From Leptogorgia sarmentosa (lineage: Eukaryota): DNA of 64,000 bases. The translations under genes were made by a program, and so were the position numbers. The first letter of the stretch is position 1; the number at the start of each line of letters is the position of its first letter. Below, piece after piece: positions 49,225 to 62,197 of this stretch. The DNA lies in contig OZ210885.1 in assembly GCA_964658305.1 (NCBI GenBank), positions 5,518,001 to 5,582,000 of the forward strand, read 5' to 3'. The notes beneath the pieces are model-generated. The model searched no databases. It was not told the DNA's origin and saw only the letters and a program-made list of their open reading frames with translations.

Positions 49225-52188
49225 CGTTGCTTTGCAGTGATCACCAATTTCCAAGTATTACTGACAGATAGTTATTTTCCTAAAAAAAATTATATAAGGG
49301 GTAATATTAAAGGATTATTGACCGAGCGTGAGGTTAGTGCCGTGAAATATCAGACCGATGTTTTTCAGTAACGGACCGAGCGACGAAGGATCGGAGTCAA
49401 TGGAAAAAACCCAGAGATCCGATGTTTCACAGTACAGACGGAACAAGCGAGGTAAATAATTATTCCACCTATTATGTGCCGGGCTGTCTTTGAGCGTATA
49501 CTTTCACGCGAATTAAATCGGTATCAAGCAGAAATTTGAATGTTTTATCTCTAAATTTTTATTGGAAAATTAAAATGCAAAAATCTTCTCTGTTCGGAAA
49601 GTGAAATTTCGGAATGTTCTTATGTTCTCAATCTTGCTACCAAATCCAAAAGAATCGGCGTTCTGCTGGAATAAGCCTGTTTTGCGGATGATTGGGAAAA
49701 CTAGCCTAACTGTAGGGAGCCTCCTTAAATTAATAGATCAGATGTTCAATGCCTTTCAAAAGATAGTTTCTGATGATAATTTAGTGTTAATAAGCTTTAA
49801 AACAACAAACAATACGCGCAATTATGAATTTGGACTTATTATTGCATGCGCACGACAGGTAATATATAATATGTGTTTATTCTTCAATTGCAGGGTATAA
49901 TTGTATACATATACTTATATTTTTTTCATTTAAAATGTAAAAAAAATTTTATGGCAAAACCTACTTCGGCTATATCTTGGCTTTCAAACACTCGAATGTA
50001 AAAATGCATGCCGAATATATGGAGAAATTGTGCCAATGAACTTGTAATACACACAGCTAGTATATAAAAGAGTTTCATCGCGGTGCACCAGGGCTAGATT
50101 TCACTGCTGAAAGTGTACAGAAGCATGCAAACAATATGACTCCTTGGCCATCTGGTTATTTGGGGCCGGTTGTATAAAACTCTTATAACTACGTTTTATA
50201 ATTATCCGTTTCGTATGTAGTTAAATTGTAGTTATCTTTTTCGCACGAACAGAAATGCATGGTTAATTAACTTTAACTAAGTTTTCATACAAGCGGCCCC
50301 TGAGATGCATGTAGGCTTTTCCAAAGTGTCAACTGAATACGTGTACGTGCGATCAAAAACTGCACACAACGAATGGCGCTGTTTAGTATTTATAATTATA
50401 AGAGAGATTTTCTAACATATTGAGAAGTTTTATTCCAACTACATTTAAACGACCTAAAAAGAAAGCACTGCATAACACTATAAACTCACCGGAGTTAAAT
50501 TATTATTTCCACTGCCGCAATTCTGTTCTCCTCAGTATATGAAGCAGGTGCTGTTATGAGTGATGTTTTATGAATTCGTGCGTATAACAGTAAAATAAAT
50601 ATTTATTTTGCGCTGCCTCTAATATTCAAAGCCATTATTAAACTATTACCATCTTTTACCCATAGTGCATGAGCTGAAGTGAGGCGTATTTCTAAGTGAG
50701 GCGTATAAAATTTAAGCCGTTGGATATAAGTATTAAAAATAGTTCGTGCTACTCGAAAATATAAATCGTAATAAAATTCATGTTTTCGTATATCACCCTT
50801 CACTACCCAATCAGGTGCAAAATAGGCTTTGTTTGAATATTCTTATATAAAGTATTCACCGTCACCTGGTCGCAAACACGGTCGAGTATACCAGAAAATG
50901 AATGCAAAACTACACAGCTAAAAATATCACTTGATCAAGGTTGATAGAAACAGGATGCAACATGTTGAACTTCATAATAGTTCTCAACAACATTTTTCAG
51001 CATTGTTAAGTTTTAATCAGCCCTCAATCAGGAGTAACAACATTAAAAACAATCCTCCACAACGTTATTGACAACAATGCACAGCTACAGGGCAGAACAG
51101 CCACTGAGATGATGGGATATGAGCTCTTGAACACTGGGATTTAGTCAAAATTTGGGCTGGGAAATGGGAACAGGAATCCCCTTCAGGACCCTCTTAGTAT
51201 AATAACATACGTAAATTAAACGATGATTTAAAGTATATTTTTATTTTCACACTTTTCAAAATGTGCCAATCAAATTACAGCGTTATAGTACAATAATAGT
51301 ATTCTGTATTATTATTCCACTAAGGGCCCGTTTCAATACACGATGCTCAGTTACTTACGATACGAGTTTTAGTGCAATTCTTTAATTTCTTTTAATAGAT
51401 GTTAATGCGGGGATTTGTCCAAACGATACGGTCACTTCTAGACCAGAACTCGATGATCTTATCAAGTAAATATACAAGAATGAAGTCAGATATATTTGTA
51501 ATTATTCAACACGAACGTGCGCTAAACAAGAGTTAGCTTAGTGCGCGTATTATTATATCATCGTACATATAATTATTATCCTTAAAGTTTGTTCCTGTCG
51601 AAGTCATTCCTCGAGGTCATCCATTATTATAGTTTATCTTGCTTTGGTCAGAATACGCGATAACTACTTCAAAACTACCCCATTTATCCAGGGGCGTCAC
51701 GGGGGACATGGCCCTCGTGCACCCCCCCCGGTTCCTACGTCCCTGGTAAAATTTATCTCTTATTAAAAAATATTTTGCAATGTTAAGCTGAAAGTCCTAT
51801 ATTTGTGCTTAGTATGCAGCTTTTCTAGTCTTTTTGCAGTGTTTTGGCGAGCAATAATAAAGAACGCAAGAGATTAAAAAAATACAACAAAATCGCCCGT
51901 TTCTGCTATATGGGAAGCATTGTCAACTCGCTAAAAGGCAGTGGCGGTGCTGCAAATTTTTTTCCGTAGACAGTCGCACACCTCGTTGATGTTCGGACTC
52001 ATCATTTATTAGCGTCCAGACTCTTTCACTTGATCAATTGATAATATTAACACTTACCCAAAAGGTAGTTCTCACCCTAACCTTGAACATAAATAACATT
52101 TTGAAAGAAAATCTTAAGTACGGGTGCATTTCAAAATAAATCGCTCAAATATCTTTGGCAGAATGAAAAAAAATGACAAGAAAATAAC

Positions 52189-52256
52189 GCCCTAATGGGG
52201 ATCGAACCCAGTCACGTTGCACGCAGTCCGCATGCTTACCACTACACCATCCGCTC
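52189..52256 (-). other. tRNA-derived (SINE-head-like) Pol III promoter sequence
   Basis: Minus strand has A-box TGGTGTAGTGG and B-box GGTTCGATCCC; no convincing acceptor stem. Confidence 0.45.
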
Positions 52257-52724
52257 AAGCTGCCAGGTCTTACAGTCAAAATCTTTATGATGTTTATTCC
52301 TAATGCTAATGTTGAAATGATAATAATGATGTGTCCGACCATCAATGAGGTGTCCGACTGTACGGAAAAAAAGACGCCAGGCACCATTCTTTGGGGTTAT
52401 TTTTTTGCGAGGGGGATTGAGGGCAAACCAATGAATGACTAGTCATTCAATTGAGTGACTATTATTAAATGAGGTGCTCGACTATTATTGAGGTACTGTC
52501 AGTAGATTGGATATTAGCGCTGGTTGATCCTTTTTATGAAGATTATTATCATGACAAAGTGTTCTAATGAATTTTTACAGTTGTATTTTTGTACTCAAGC
52601 TAATTGTACATGAATTCCAATACACGATAAAACAGCAAAGTAAGATATGAAAGAAGCGTACCCCATGCATGGCATCAAATGTACTACCAATAAAAATTCA
52701 TCGTGTTAAACTTTTACATGCATG

Positions 52725-55700
52725 TTAGAACAGAGATGGTCTGAGTTTCATTTCGGATTTCTTCAACGAGTAATAATATCCCTTCCAACCCACCCAGTTC
52801 ACGCCATCAGCGTACGACTTGTGCGGGCCAAGGTAGTAAAAGCCATTCAAATTTGACTCGTGGCAATTGGAATACCACCAGGCTCCTTTGTAGGTCACAG
52901 CACAATTTCCTCCAGTATCCACGTCGTTATCCACATCTGGAGTAGTGAAGGCCATGCCACGTTGGTATCCAAAAGAGTCGCCAGCCGTTCCTGAAAATCC
53001 AAAGGGAGGTTGTAAATAAAATAATGCAAATTAATAGAATCTTAACATCCTCGGTCAAGGCAAAATTAGAGATTAAATGCTATTAAATGTTTTGTTTGAT
53101 TTTTACAGTTTCTATAACAATCCGCGGTAGCAACTTGTTTCGGAACGAACGTCTAGTGACTGTAACGACAGGGCGAAACAGAGAATGTCAATGTTGCTGT
53201 GGTATAACAAGGCCCGTCTCAAAGACACGAGGACTGCTATCATATTTTAAATGCTTTGGGCAAAGCAACACATTAACGTCGTGTTTTGAATAGAGATGTA
53301 GAGCTAGGTAGTAATTCACTTGAACATCTCCACTGTACTTTGATAACACATAACACCATCTTTATTTAAGAAATAGAAAACATTTTCCATGTTTTTATAT
53401 GTTACAGAAACACGCGTGGAAGTTTGGGAGAAACAAGAAATTCCGTGGGAAAAAATTTTCCGATTTCCCAATTTATTGGAACTGTTGCTAATTCACATCC
53501 ATCGGAAACTCGCACTGGAAATCGAAAAGCAAAAGTTGCAATGAAAAATGGGGCCGGCTTCTGGCTTTTCTTTTGGCAGGGGAGTCTTCACTAGAAATCT
53601 ATTATGGAGCTTTCAGTGTCAATCATTGTTGAAACTGTGTTATCATGAAGTATACCTAAATATGTGCCCAGACTTAATTTATACTTGGCATCTTCTGAAT
53701 CGATGGCAAAGCTGCTGTATTCAGCATACTTCGTGTTTCCTGTTGTGTCCCACAAGTCAAATCGAATAACTTTTCTACTGACATTTGTTAGTCGGTTGAT
53801 TTTGTCCAGACCAAGCCAAAATTCGCCTGTTGGATCACCAAAACCATTTTTGTAATCTGTCCAGTTGCGGTAGAAATCTACACTACCATCAACACGTCTT
53901 TGAATGATCGTCCAACCCCCTCCTGATGTCGTCATATCACATCTTACTCTAAATGCGCCTTTGCCATCTGGATCGATGGAATAAATACCATTTGTTGTTT
54001 GACCTTTCTTATAAAGGTCAGAACAGTCTTTTCCTGAAGTAAAAAAAGACAATTTAATACACTTTCTACCTAGATTTATGATCGCACATTGGCTACCGGT
54101 AGGGAACAACTAATTTCCTACTATATATACATTATGCACAATTTGCATAAATAGTATACAGTAGTACGCTATGACACTGGAGAAGAGTAAATGCTGCGGA
54201 AAGGAAGAGCAGCGCGGAAAAACAACAATAAATGAATTGAAAAAAAGTTTGTTGGTTATTAATCAATTTGATGCAATAAACTCTGACTTGCTTACTTAAA
54301 ATTGAGTAAACTCAAGTCTATTAGTATTTTACTATTTTGTAAAGTCAAAATTGTTAATTCCAAAAATAACGAAATTTGCATGTAAAAATGGGGACAAAAT
54401 ATTGGCCTGTAATAAATATTATTATTCATTTGAAAAATGTGGTAATATCTAATCCACCAGATGATCAGTTCAACTAATAACTGTTAATTATTCATTGAAT
54501 TAATATTTGTTCATATAGAACGCATTTATACGACAATATAACGTAATTGTTGTATAATGAAAACTCTTTTCTATAATTCTTTCGTATATTGAAAATTATA
54601 TGACATTTTGATGCCGACTAATTTCCGATGCTCAAGTCCGATAAAGAAACAAATAATAATCGTCGCGTTAATAAGGAATGAAACTTATAAAAGTGGTGAA
54701 ATCCTAAAATTTGGTTAAAAATTGTTGTAATGTTTAGAAGAGTAGCCTTAATGTTAAGAATAGCCTTACTTGCAAAGTTTGAAAATTTTCTCTTTATTAT
54801 GTTTTGCAAGGAATTGCTGGCACATTTGGCAACATATTTTATAAATATATTGGATTTTGTTTTTTCGCGCGTGTAGATCTTTCTCTAGGCATACAATATT
54901 ATTATAGTCTACAATGGGAACTGCCCATTGATCTAAGCAGATAGCTACAGCTTGAAAACTGCTTATGGCAAGATATTGAAAAATTTGCAAATTACCTGGA
55001 TTTCCATTGGCATCCTTTCTCTTTTCCTCTTCTAATTTTGTCTACATTGGAAAATGATTACATTTTTTTGATGTCTGATTTAATATAATATTAGTGAAAT
55101 AAAGTAGTTGCCTTTTGTTTTATATACAGATACACAGCTCTGATGGTTTGGAAGAACTTCTCAAGTGCAGTGTGCATTTAGGCCTAGGTCAAACGTCGAA
55201 CTTTTCATGTGCCGAGCCTAATGTTAACATGACGCTCCAGGGAGCGTTAACTCGCTGGGCATGCACAAATAGGGACATATATACATTATACTGTATATCA
55301 TAGAAATTCGGATTATAATTATTCGGTTTTATTATTATGATCGACGTGCACCGGTGGAAAACCCATTAAACACGCTACCACGAATGTTCAGAGTTAAACA
55401 CAATTCAAAATCCATAGAAAACAGGTACAATTTGTTCAAAATTTTCACGAAATTGTTCAAAACACTTTGCCCACTCCATGAAAGAATATATTATTCATTC
55501 TGTTTTGAAAAGGGTAAATTTGGTTTTTAGAGAGCCACATTTTTCACAAACAATCCCAAAGCGCTGTCTCTATTTTAAAGACACAATAACATAAATAATG
55601 CGATATCATATTTCGTCGAGTTTTAATGCCAAATGTTTTTATTTGTATGCCAAATGTGTAGATCTGAATACTAAATGTGTTGATCTGACTGGTTGCAAGT

Positions 55701-57002
55701 GTATTGATTTGAATGTGATGTTGAAAAGCGTTTAAAAAATTATAAGAAATACAGCAATAACTAATCTATCTCCATAAGGATTTCAACCACAGAGTAAACT
55801 ACTGTAAACATAGTCTTGGCCTCAGTGGAGACATTGAGAACAAAAAGTAGGACTCCAAACTCTCATCTGAAAGTAGGGGTTCTACAGGTACCAGTTCTCC
55901 TGCATCCGCATTTTAAGACATCGCACACATGTCGTCATTTTTGAGGGAAGTGTAAACGCCTGAGCAGGCGTCTTGTTTGCATTAGGTTCAGCGCATGAAA
56001 AGTACGACGTTTGACCTCTGCCTTAGATTCGGCCACGCGTCTAGTAATACTCCAACTCGTACTCATTTCCATAATATAAATAATATAATATTAAAGTGTT
56101 AAATCGAAGGCTTGTTTTGAGTAAACTACGTGTCAAATTAGGTGTCCGAACATTGCAATTTAATAAAATTTGTTACTTGAAAATTACCGTTCAGGCCTAA
56201 GTATGCATTTATGATATCGCCCTTCAAGCGATGAAATCGACATACCCTCGCCTCCCGATGAAACCTAGTATATAAACATGGCAGGGCCGTAACTGGAGCG
56301 TTGATTGGGGTGTGTATATTCATATATTTACGTTCTTCCCATGTTCATGGATGTTCATTTCTTTTCAAAATGATTCAAAAGCGACTTATCAAATTGCCAT
56401 TCTTGCACCATTGGATTATAGATCGATAGCAAAATTGCCTCCATGCTTTATTAATGAACCTGAATATTTTGAAAAGGGTTCACAATTTATTGAAAACTAA
56501 ACATACCGCTTGTACGTAATGTCGCAATGTCCAGTCACCTTTCTTTGCCGTGTTTCTATTTTTTGTGACGTTAGTCAGTTGGCAGTTTTCATCGTTCGTT
56601 GCTGTAGTCCTGTAGTTAAATCCCACACATCTCGACTCTTCTTCACACAGAGAATAACATGTTATCTCAGCAGCGATTATTCCAAGTTTATGACTAGATA
56701 TAATTTCGTTCGGAGGTAATGATGGACCCTCTGTGAAATAGTAGAACGATCAGAGTTTAGTACAAGTGAATAGAAGTGTCCTAACCTAAAAATTTCCAAT
56801 ATAAAAAATGTTTTCGCGTTGTTTTAAAACATTGCACATTATTGAAAGAATTTCTGGTCAACTTAGCAAACGGCAGCAACTATGTATTTTGTGACACAAG
56901 AAAAAATCACTAACCTCTTCTGATGGTTTCGTAATATCGGGAAGAGCAGTCATTCGCTTTCACTGCTCCAATCATCGGCAATAGTAGAATTAAAACGAAC
57001 AT
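52725..57002 (-). CDS. Secreted PAN + FReD protein (FReD-C)
   Basis: Exons 56915-57002 (signal MFVLILLLPMIGAVKA), 56507-56730 (PAN: CYSLCEEESRCVGFNY..ENCQL; missed by the ORF track), 54996-55041, 53656-54033 and 52725-52990; phases consistent. Confidence 0.85.
55181..56022. mobile_element. PIF/Harbinger-type MITE in a FReD-C intron
   Basis: ~43-bp TIRs ggcctaggtcaaacgtcgaacttttcatg / catgaaaagtacgacgtttgacctctgcc; TTA TSD at 55178-55180 and 56023-56025. Confidence 0.8.
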
Positions 57003-57892
57003 ATTTAACGTGTATTCTTGGTAGCGCAACAGCGTTTAAATGAGAACGTGATGATTCACAGGTGATTCTCACAATAAGTAATGCGTGCATAGACGCAGGA
57101 CTGGCAGGTGCTTGCAAAGAGCGACATGTCGGTAATTTTAAGTGACGTTATAACGTCACTCCTAGCATTTCGTCGTTTAATAACTACGTTATAATTAAAC
57201 ACCATCTTGCCTTTGAGCACAACGTGCAGCTCACAATCCGTAATCAAACTTCTGACTGAATCATAATATTCACAGACTTAGCTCTTTCTCAAAAACCTTA
57301 TGAAATCAAGGTCCTGAACGGTGACAATGAATAGCCGAATAGACATTCTCATGTTTATAATTATGCCGTAAAACATCTCTTAGTTATGGACCGGATGTAA
57401 AATGTTGTTTAAACAACGACTTGAAAGCACATAAACTAAAATTATTATTGTCAGCAGGACGCCAACTCGAAGACTGAAGTAAAATAAAAGCAATTTTTGA
57501 CAAAATCTCTCCAGTTTCTGTTGTGTTCTTATAATATTGTTCAGTTATATTTTTTACCTAATTACAGTCTATTAACAGCGATACCCTTGTAAATCTTGAA
57601 ATCGCGATTAATTTCAGATTTTTTGGTGTATACACGATCCCGATTTAATAATTGAGCGTAAAGTATATGGACCACAATCGCTCAAGCTGGAGAAAACAGG
57701 TACAGAAGCAAGTTGGGGAGAGCCAAACATTTTCCGCAGACTGGAATGATGAAAAAAGTGTTCTAACAAAAAATTTATTGAATCACCTCTGAATTAGATT
57801 CAAGCTAATTGTACATGCTGAATTTCAATGGAAACATCCAAATAGGATATGAAAATCAAAATAATTCATTAAGTTAAGATTTTACATGCATA

Positions 57893-60800
57893 TTAGAATC
57901 CAAATGGCCTGAGTTTCATTTCGGTTTTCTTCAAGGAATAATGGTATCCCTTCCAACCCTTCCAGTTCACGCCATCAGCGCGCGACGTGTGCGAGCCAAG
58001 GTGATAAAAGCCATTCAAATTTGAATGGTGGCAATGCCTATACCACCAGGCTCCTTTGTAGGTCACAGCGCAATTTTTTCCAATATCCACGTCGTTATCC
58101 ACATCTTGTGTGCTGAAGGCCATGCCACGTTGGTATCCAAAAGAGTCACCAGCCGTTCCTGAAATTAGAGGTTGTAAATAAAATAATAAAAATTAATACT
58201 CTCTTCACATCCTCGGTAAAGCCACAATCAGAGATTAAATGCTATAAAACGTTTTGTTTAATGTCTAGTTTCTATATAGCAATTCCCGGTAGCTACTTGT
58301 TTCAGAACGAACATTAACATATATTGACTGTAACGACAGGGCGAAATTTCAATACATAGGTCATTCGATTTATAAAATATTGAATAAAGGAAATGTAAAT
58401 GGAAGTATGAGTACCGAATGGTTTTCCGTGCAGAATTGCGTCATCCATGCACGCAGGATGTGGCGAGAGTTTCGGAAAACTTAACTGTCACGAACCGCAG
58501 GCAAGTGACTTTCAGCTTTCGGAAACTCAAGCCACATCCCAAGTGACGAAGTGAATCGATGACACAATCCTGTATTTATTATATAAATGAGTTTTTTCAT
58601 CGAAAAATCCGTATTGGAACTGTTACTAATTTACATCCATCGGAAAGAGAAACTCGCACTGGAAATCGAAGCAAAGGTTGCAATGAGAAATGGGGCTTTT
58701 GGCTTTACTTTTGGCAGTGGAGTCTTCACTAGAAATCTATCATGGAGCTCACACTGTCAACCATTGTCTCGTATTTGAAACTGTGTTATCATGATTCAAG
58801 AAGAATACCTGAATATGTGCCCAAACTCAATTTATATTTGGCATCTTCTGAAGCGATGGCAAAGCTGCTGTATTCAGCGTACGTTGTGTTTCCTGTTGTG
58901 TCCCACAAGTCAAATCGAATAATAACTTTTCCACTGACATTTGTTAGTCGGTTGATTTTGTCCAGACCAAGCCAATATTCGCCTGTTGGATCACCAAAAC
59001 CATTTTTGTAATCTGTCCAGTTGCGGTAGAAATCTACACTACCATCAACACGTCTTTGAATGATCGTCCAACTCCCTCCTGATGTCGTCATATCACATCT
59101 TACTCTAAATGCGCCTTTGCCGTCTGGATCAATGGAATAAACACCATTTGTTGTGTGACCTTTCTTATAAAGATCAGCGCAATTCTTTCCTGGAATAGAA
59201 AAGACGTTTCAATTCATGCTCAATACAATCGTTAACCCGGTTTACCGATCGAAGGTGTTTTCATTCCAGTAATCACCTACATACCATTGTATAATTCGAG
59301 AGAATTGTGGTAAGGGGCGTAGCATCAAGGGGCTGTGAGGTGTGCCACAACCCCACACTTCTGGTAAATGCACTTGTAATACAACTGTAAATATATGGGA
59401 CCTTTTGAAGTAGTTTCCCATTTGGGGCAACATAATTGTCGAGGTACTTGAGAGTGTTTGCCCGTTCGGTTACAATGTTGAACGTTGAGAAAATAAAAAA
59501 TATCGCCTTAATCATACCTGTAGCGATGGATCCCACCATTTTACTTGCCATAAATTGAGTTTGGAAATATGCGGTTGAATAAATTTCAGAATTGATCTTT
59601 GATGGTGCAACAGCTGACGGCTGAATAACAATTGATGTCTTCACTGTACTGAACTCTATATCTTCCGCAAATGACGTCATACCAGTCACCATGTTGTTGC
59701 TAGGAGTGACGGATGATGTTTTCACTCCATTACCTTTCCCACTACTGGAAAAACTTGTGTATGTTCCTCCTCCAACATCATTGATGTTTGAAGTGGAGTT
59801 TTTAATGCCCGTTGTCACGTTAGCTGTATTTTTACGTGTGCTTGTTGCTTGATCTGCACCGGTGCTGCTCAAACTCAAAACTGTAGTATTTGAAGCATTC
59901 ACTAAGATTGAAAGAAAATGAAATTGAAGCTTTTTTCCATACTCCCAAACTGTAACTTGTTTTTTTTCAGAAACATCATGGTGCTTATTAAAATTTTAAT
60001 TTTTTTAAAGACATTCAATCTTCTTTTGAAATAGGAAATGTATAAGGTGTAAAATAGTGAGTAATTGTCTTTGTTAAAGCAAGAAAGATGGTTTAATGAA
60101 AAGCGTTCATTCCAGGGTGGTTCCTATAGGCTTTCAGACTTGGGGGGGGGGTATAAATGTGCGAGTATTTTCTCTGCACAGAATTCTGTCATGCATAACG
60201 AAAAAATAACGAAAACCAGTAAATTAAAACTTTCAGGCCAGTTTCAGGTTTAATGTCAGACCAGCTCACTTTACCCTAGTTTACCCTAAAACGTCGTATG
60301 ACACAAATACAGACACACGCGTTATACCCATCTTGCCCTGAAGGATATACTGCGTATACCGTGACTGTAAGAACGTCCTGGACGAATTAAATTTATCTTC
60401 TAAGAAGCTCCTATTCGGTCAATTAAAAATTGACTTTAAATATTTAAACAAGACTGACAAAAAACTGGCTATTTGGCTACTGATCATAGTGTAGCTTTGA
60501 AAAATCGGACGTAGCAAATGGAAATTAATTAAGTGGAAATTGAAATTACGTGCCCTGAGTTACCTGTGCAACTGTATATGTAATTAGCCAAAGATTACTA
60601 AAGAAATCAAGAGCCAAATACCGTGAAGCAAAATGTAATCACTAATACCTTTTATACTGCCATTTGAGACCTTCGTAAAGCAGCTGTCATTGTACTCCTA
60701 TATAATATAGAAATCGATAATTTATGCATGGATAGTCTTATCTTTTGTGGTAATCAAATTATAAAGAACTGTTTTTAAAAATGCTGTTTGACCTAAGCGG

Positions 60801-62197
60801 GACGAAATTGTTCAGGAAAATTGAGATATCAAGTCTGCAATTTCGCAAGGACGGTCGTTATAATTCCCTTATAGATTAATAATTAGATTATTTTACAAAG
60901 GATACGTAATTATACATTTTAACTTCAATTGATATATTATTCTACAGCCATGTTGACTCAGGAAACAAACAAACTTTTTCTTCCAATGCTTTTAAATTCG
61001 TACAATGCAAAACAGGGACCGCGGAAGATGTTTTCGAGCGTGGGGTGGAAAGTCTAAATGAACCTACACCCCCCTCTACCACCTCGCCTTCAAGGGAGAA
61101 TAATGAAATGTAGTTTTTGGCCTTTTTCAATACCACTCCTCACTACTAATATAAGTCAGACATTTTGTGAGGACGAAAACCATGTGTTGCCCCCAAAAGT
61201 GGATTTTTTTGGGAGCGACCGCCCCCACTGGCCCAACCGTTCGGCCGCCTCTGGTGCGAAAAGATGCGAATACTGACTATTTTGCTCAATCGTGTCATCT
61301 CATATTGCTCATCACAACTGGTTAATTAACTATAATATATTTAAAAAAATGCTAGACATGTCACTTGAAGCTTGTAATTTGTTTTCACCTTTTGGGGATT
61401 ATTGAGATAAACATGGTTATAAGAACAATTTGCTTCCAAGTGTTTTTGGGAAACATTGTATACCATGTTATGCAACATTTCGCAATTTGATTCATTCTGT
61501 GAGATGGATGTCTTTTTATAATTGATTGATCGACAGCAAGGCTCTATGACACATTCCACCACACAGGCAAGCCAATCAGAAACAACTTTCCTCATCACAA
61601 TTGACACATTCAGTCTGTAACCTAGGAAACATGAATAACGTTACGATTCGCCTGTAGCTACGTTGTGGCATGTTTCTTAAAACATGATTATTATATTATA
61701 ATTTAAATTATTTATAAAATAGCGTTTTGAAAATACGGGCGTTCATTGGTCGAAACAAGGCGCTATAGAACAAGTGGGGGGAAATTAAAGCTATAGCGCC
61801 CCTGATGTTTGTGTGATGGGTGGACCCCCCCGCATACAAAAAAATGCAGCATTTTGAAAACAAACATGGCAGGAAATATGGGATGTCTTTTTTGTTTTCG
61901 GATACCGCGAAAAAGTCGAAAGCTCGACAAACCAGGATTCAAAAAAACGGGATTCTTCGCGCGGGTTGCCTGGCGAGGGGTTTGTACTAAAACGAAGTGT
62001 GAGTATTTCTACCCAATTTCGAGAACATGATTGCATTTCGTGGTCAGATATTTTGAGATTATTACAGCTTACTTACCCTCGAGACTCGAATTGAAACAAA
62101 AACTCGCAATTTGTTTGGTTCCTTCTTCTTCAGCGACAATTACTGCTCTTAATGCAGATGCAATGAAAAAGATCAACAAGTGGAACTTTATATGCAT
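57893..62197 (-). CDS. Secreted PAN + Ser/Thr-rich linker + FReD protein (FReD-D), recent paralog of FReD-B
   Basis: Exons 62077-62197, 61389-61621, 60649-60697, 59518-59901, 58809-59189 and 57893-58158; phases consistent. Confidence 0.88.

Larger units (their letters stand above)
44385..49360 (+). repeat. ~5-kb segmental duplication of the FReD-B gene unit; partner at ~57860-62325
   Basis: Collinear near-identity of exons and introns, e.g. 45104-45295 versus 58587-58778 and 48156-48374 versus 61058-61276. Confidence 0.9.

Noticed and set aside
52189..52256. Functional tRNA gene
   Set aside because: A and B boxes are present, but no convincing cloverleaf or acceptor stem; treated as SINE-like.
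52725..55041. FReD-C as a headless pseudogene or alternative 3' cassette of FReD-D
   Set aside because: It has its own signal-peptide (56915-57002) and PAN (56507-56730) exons in compatible phases.
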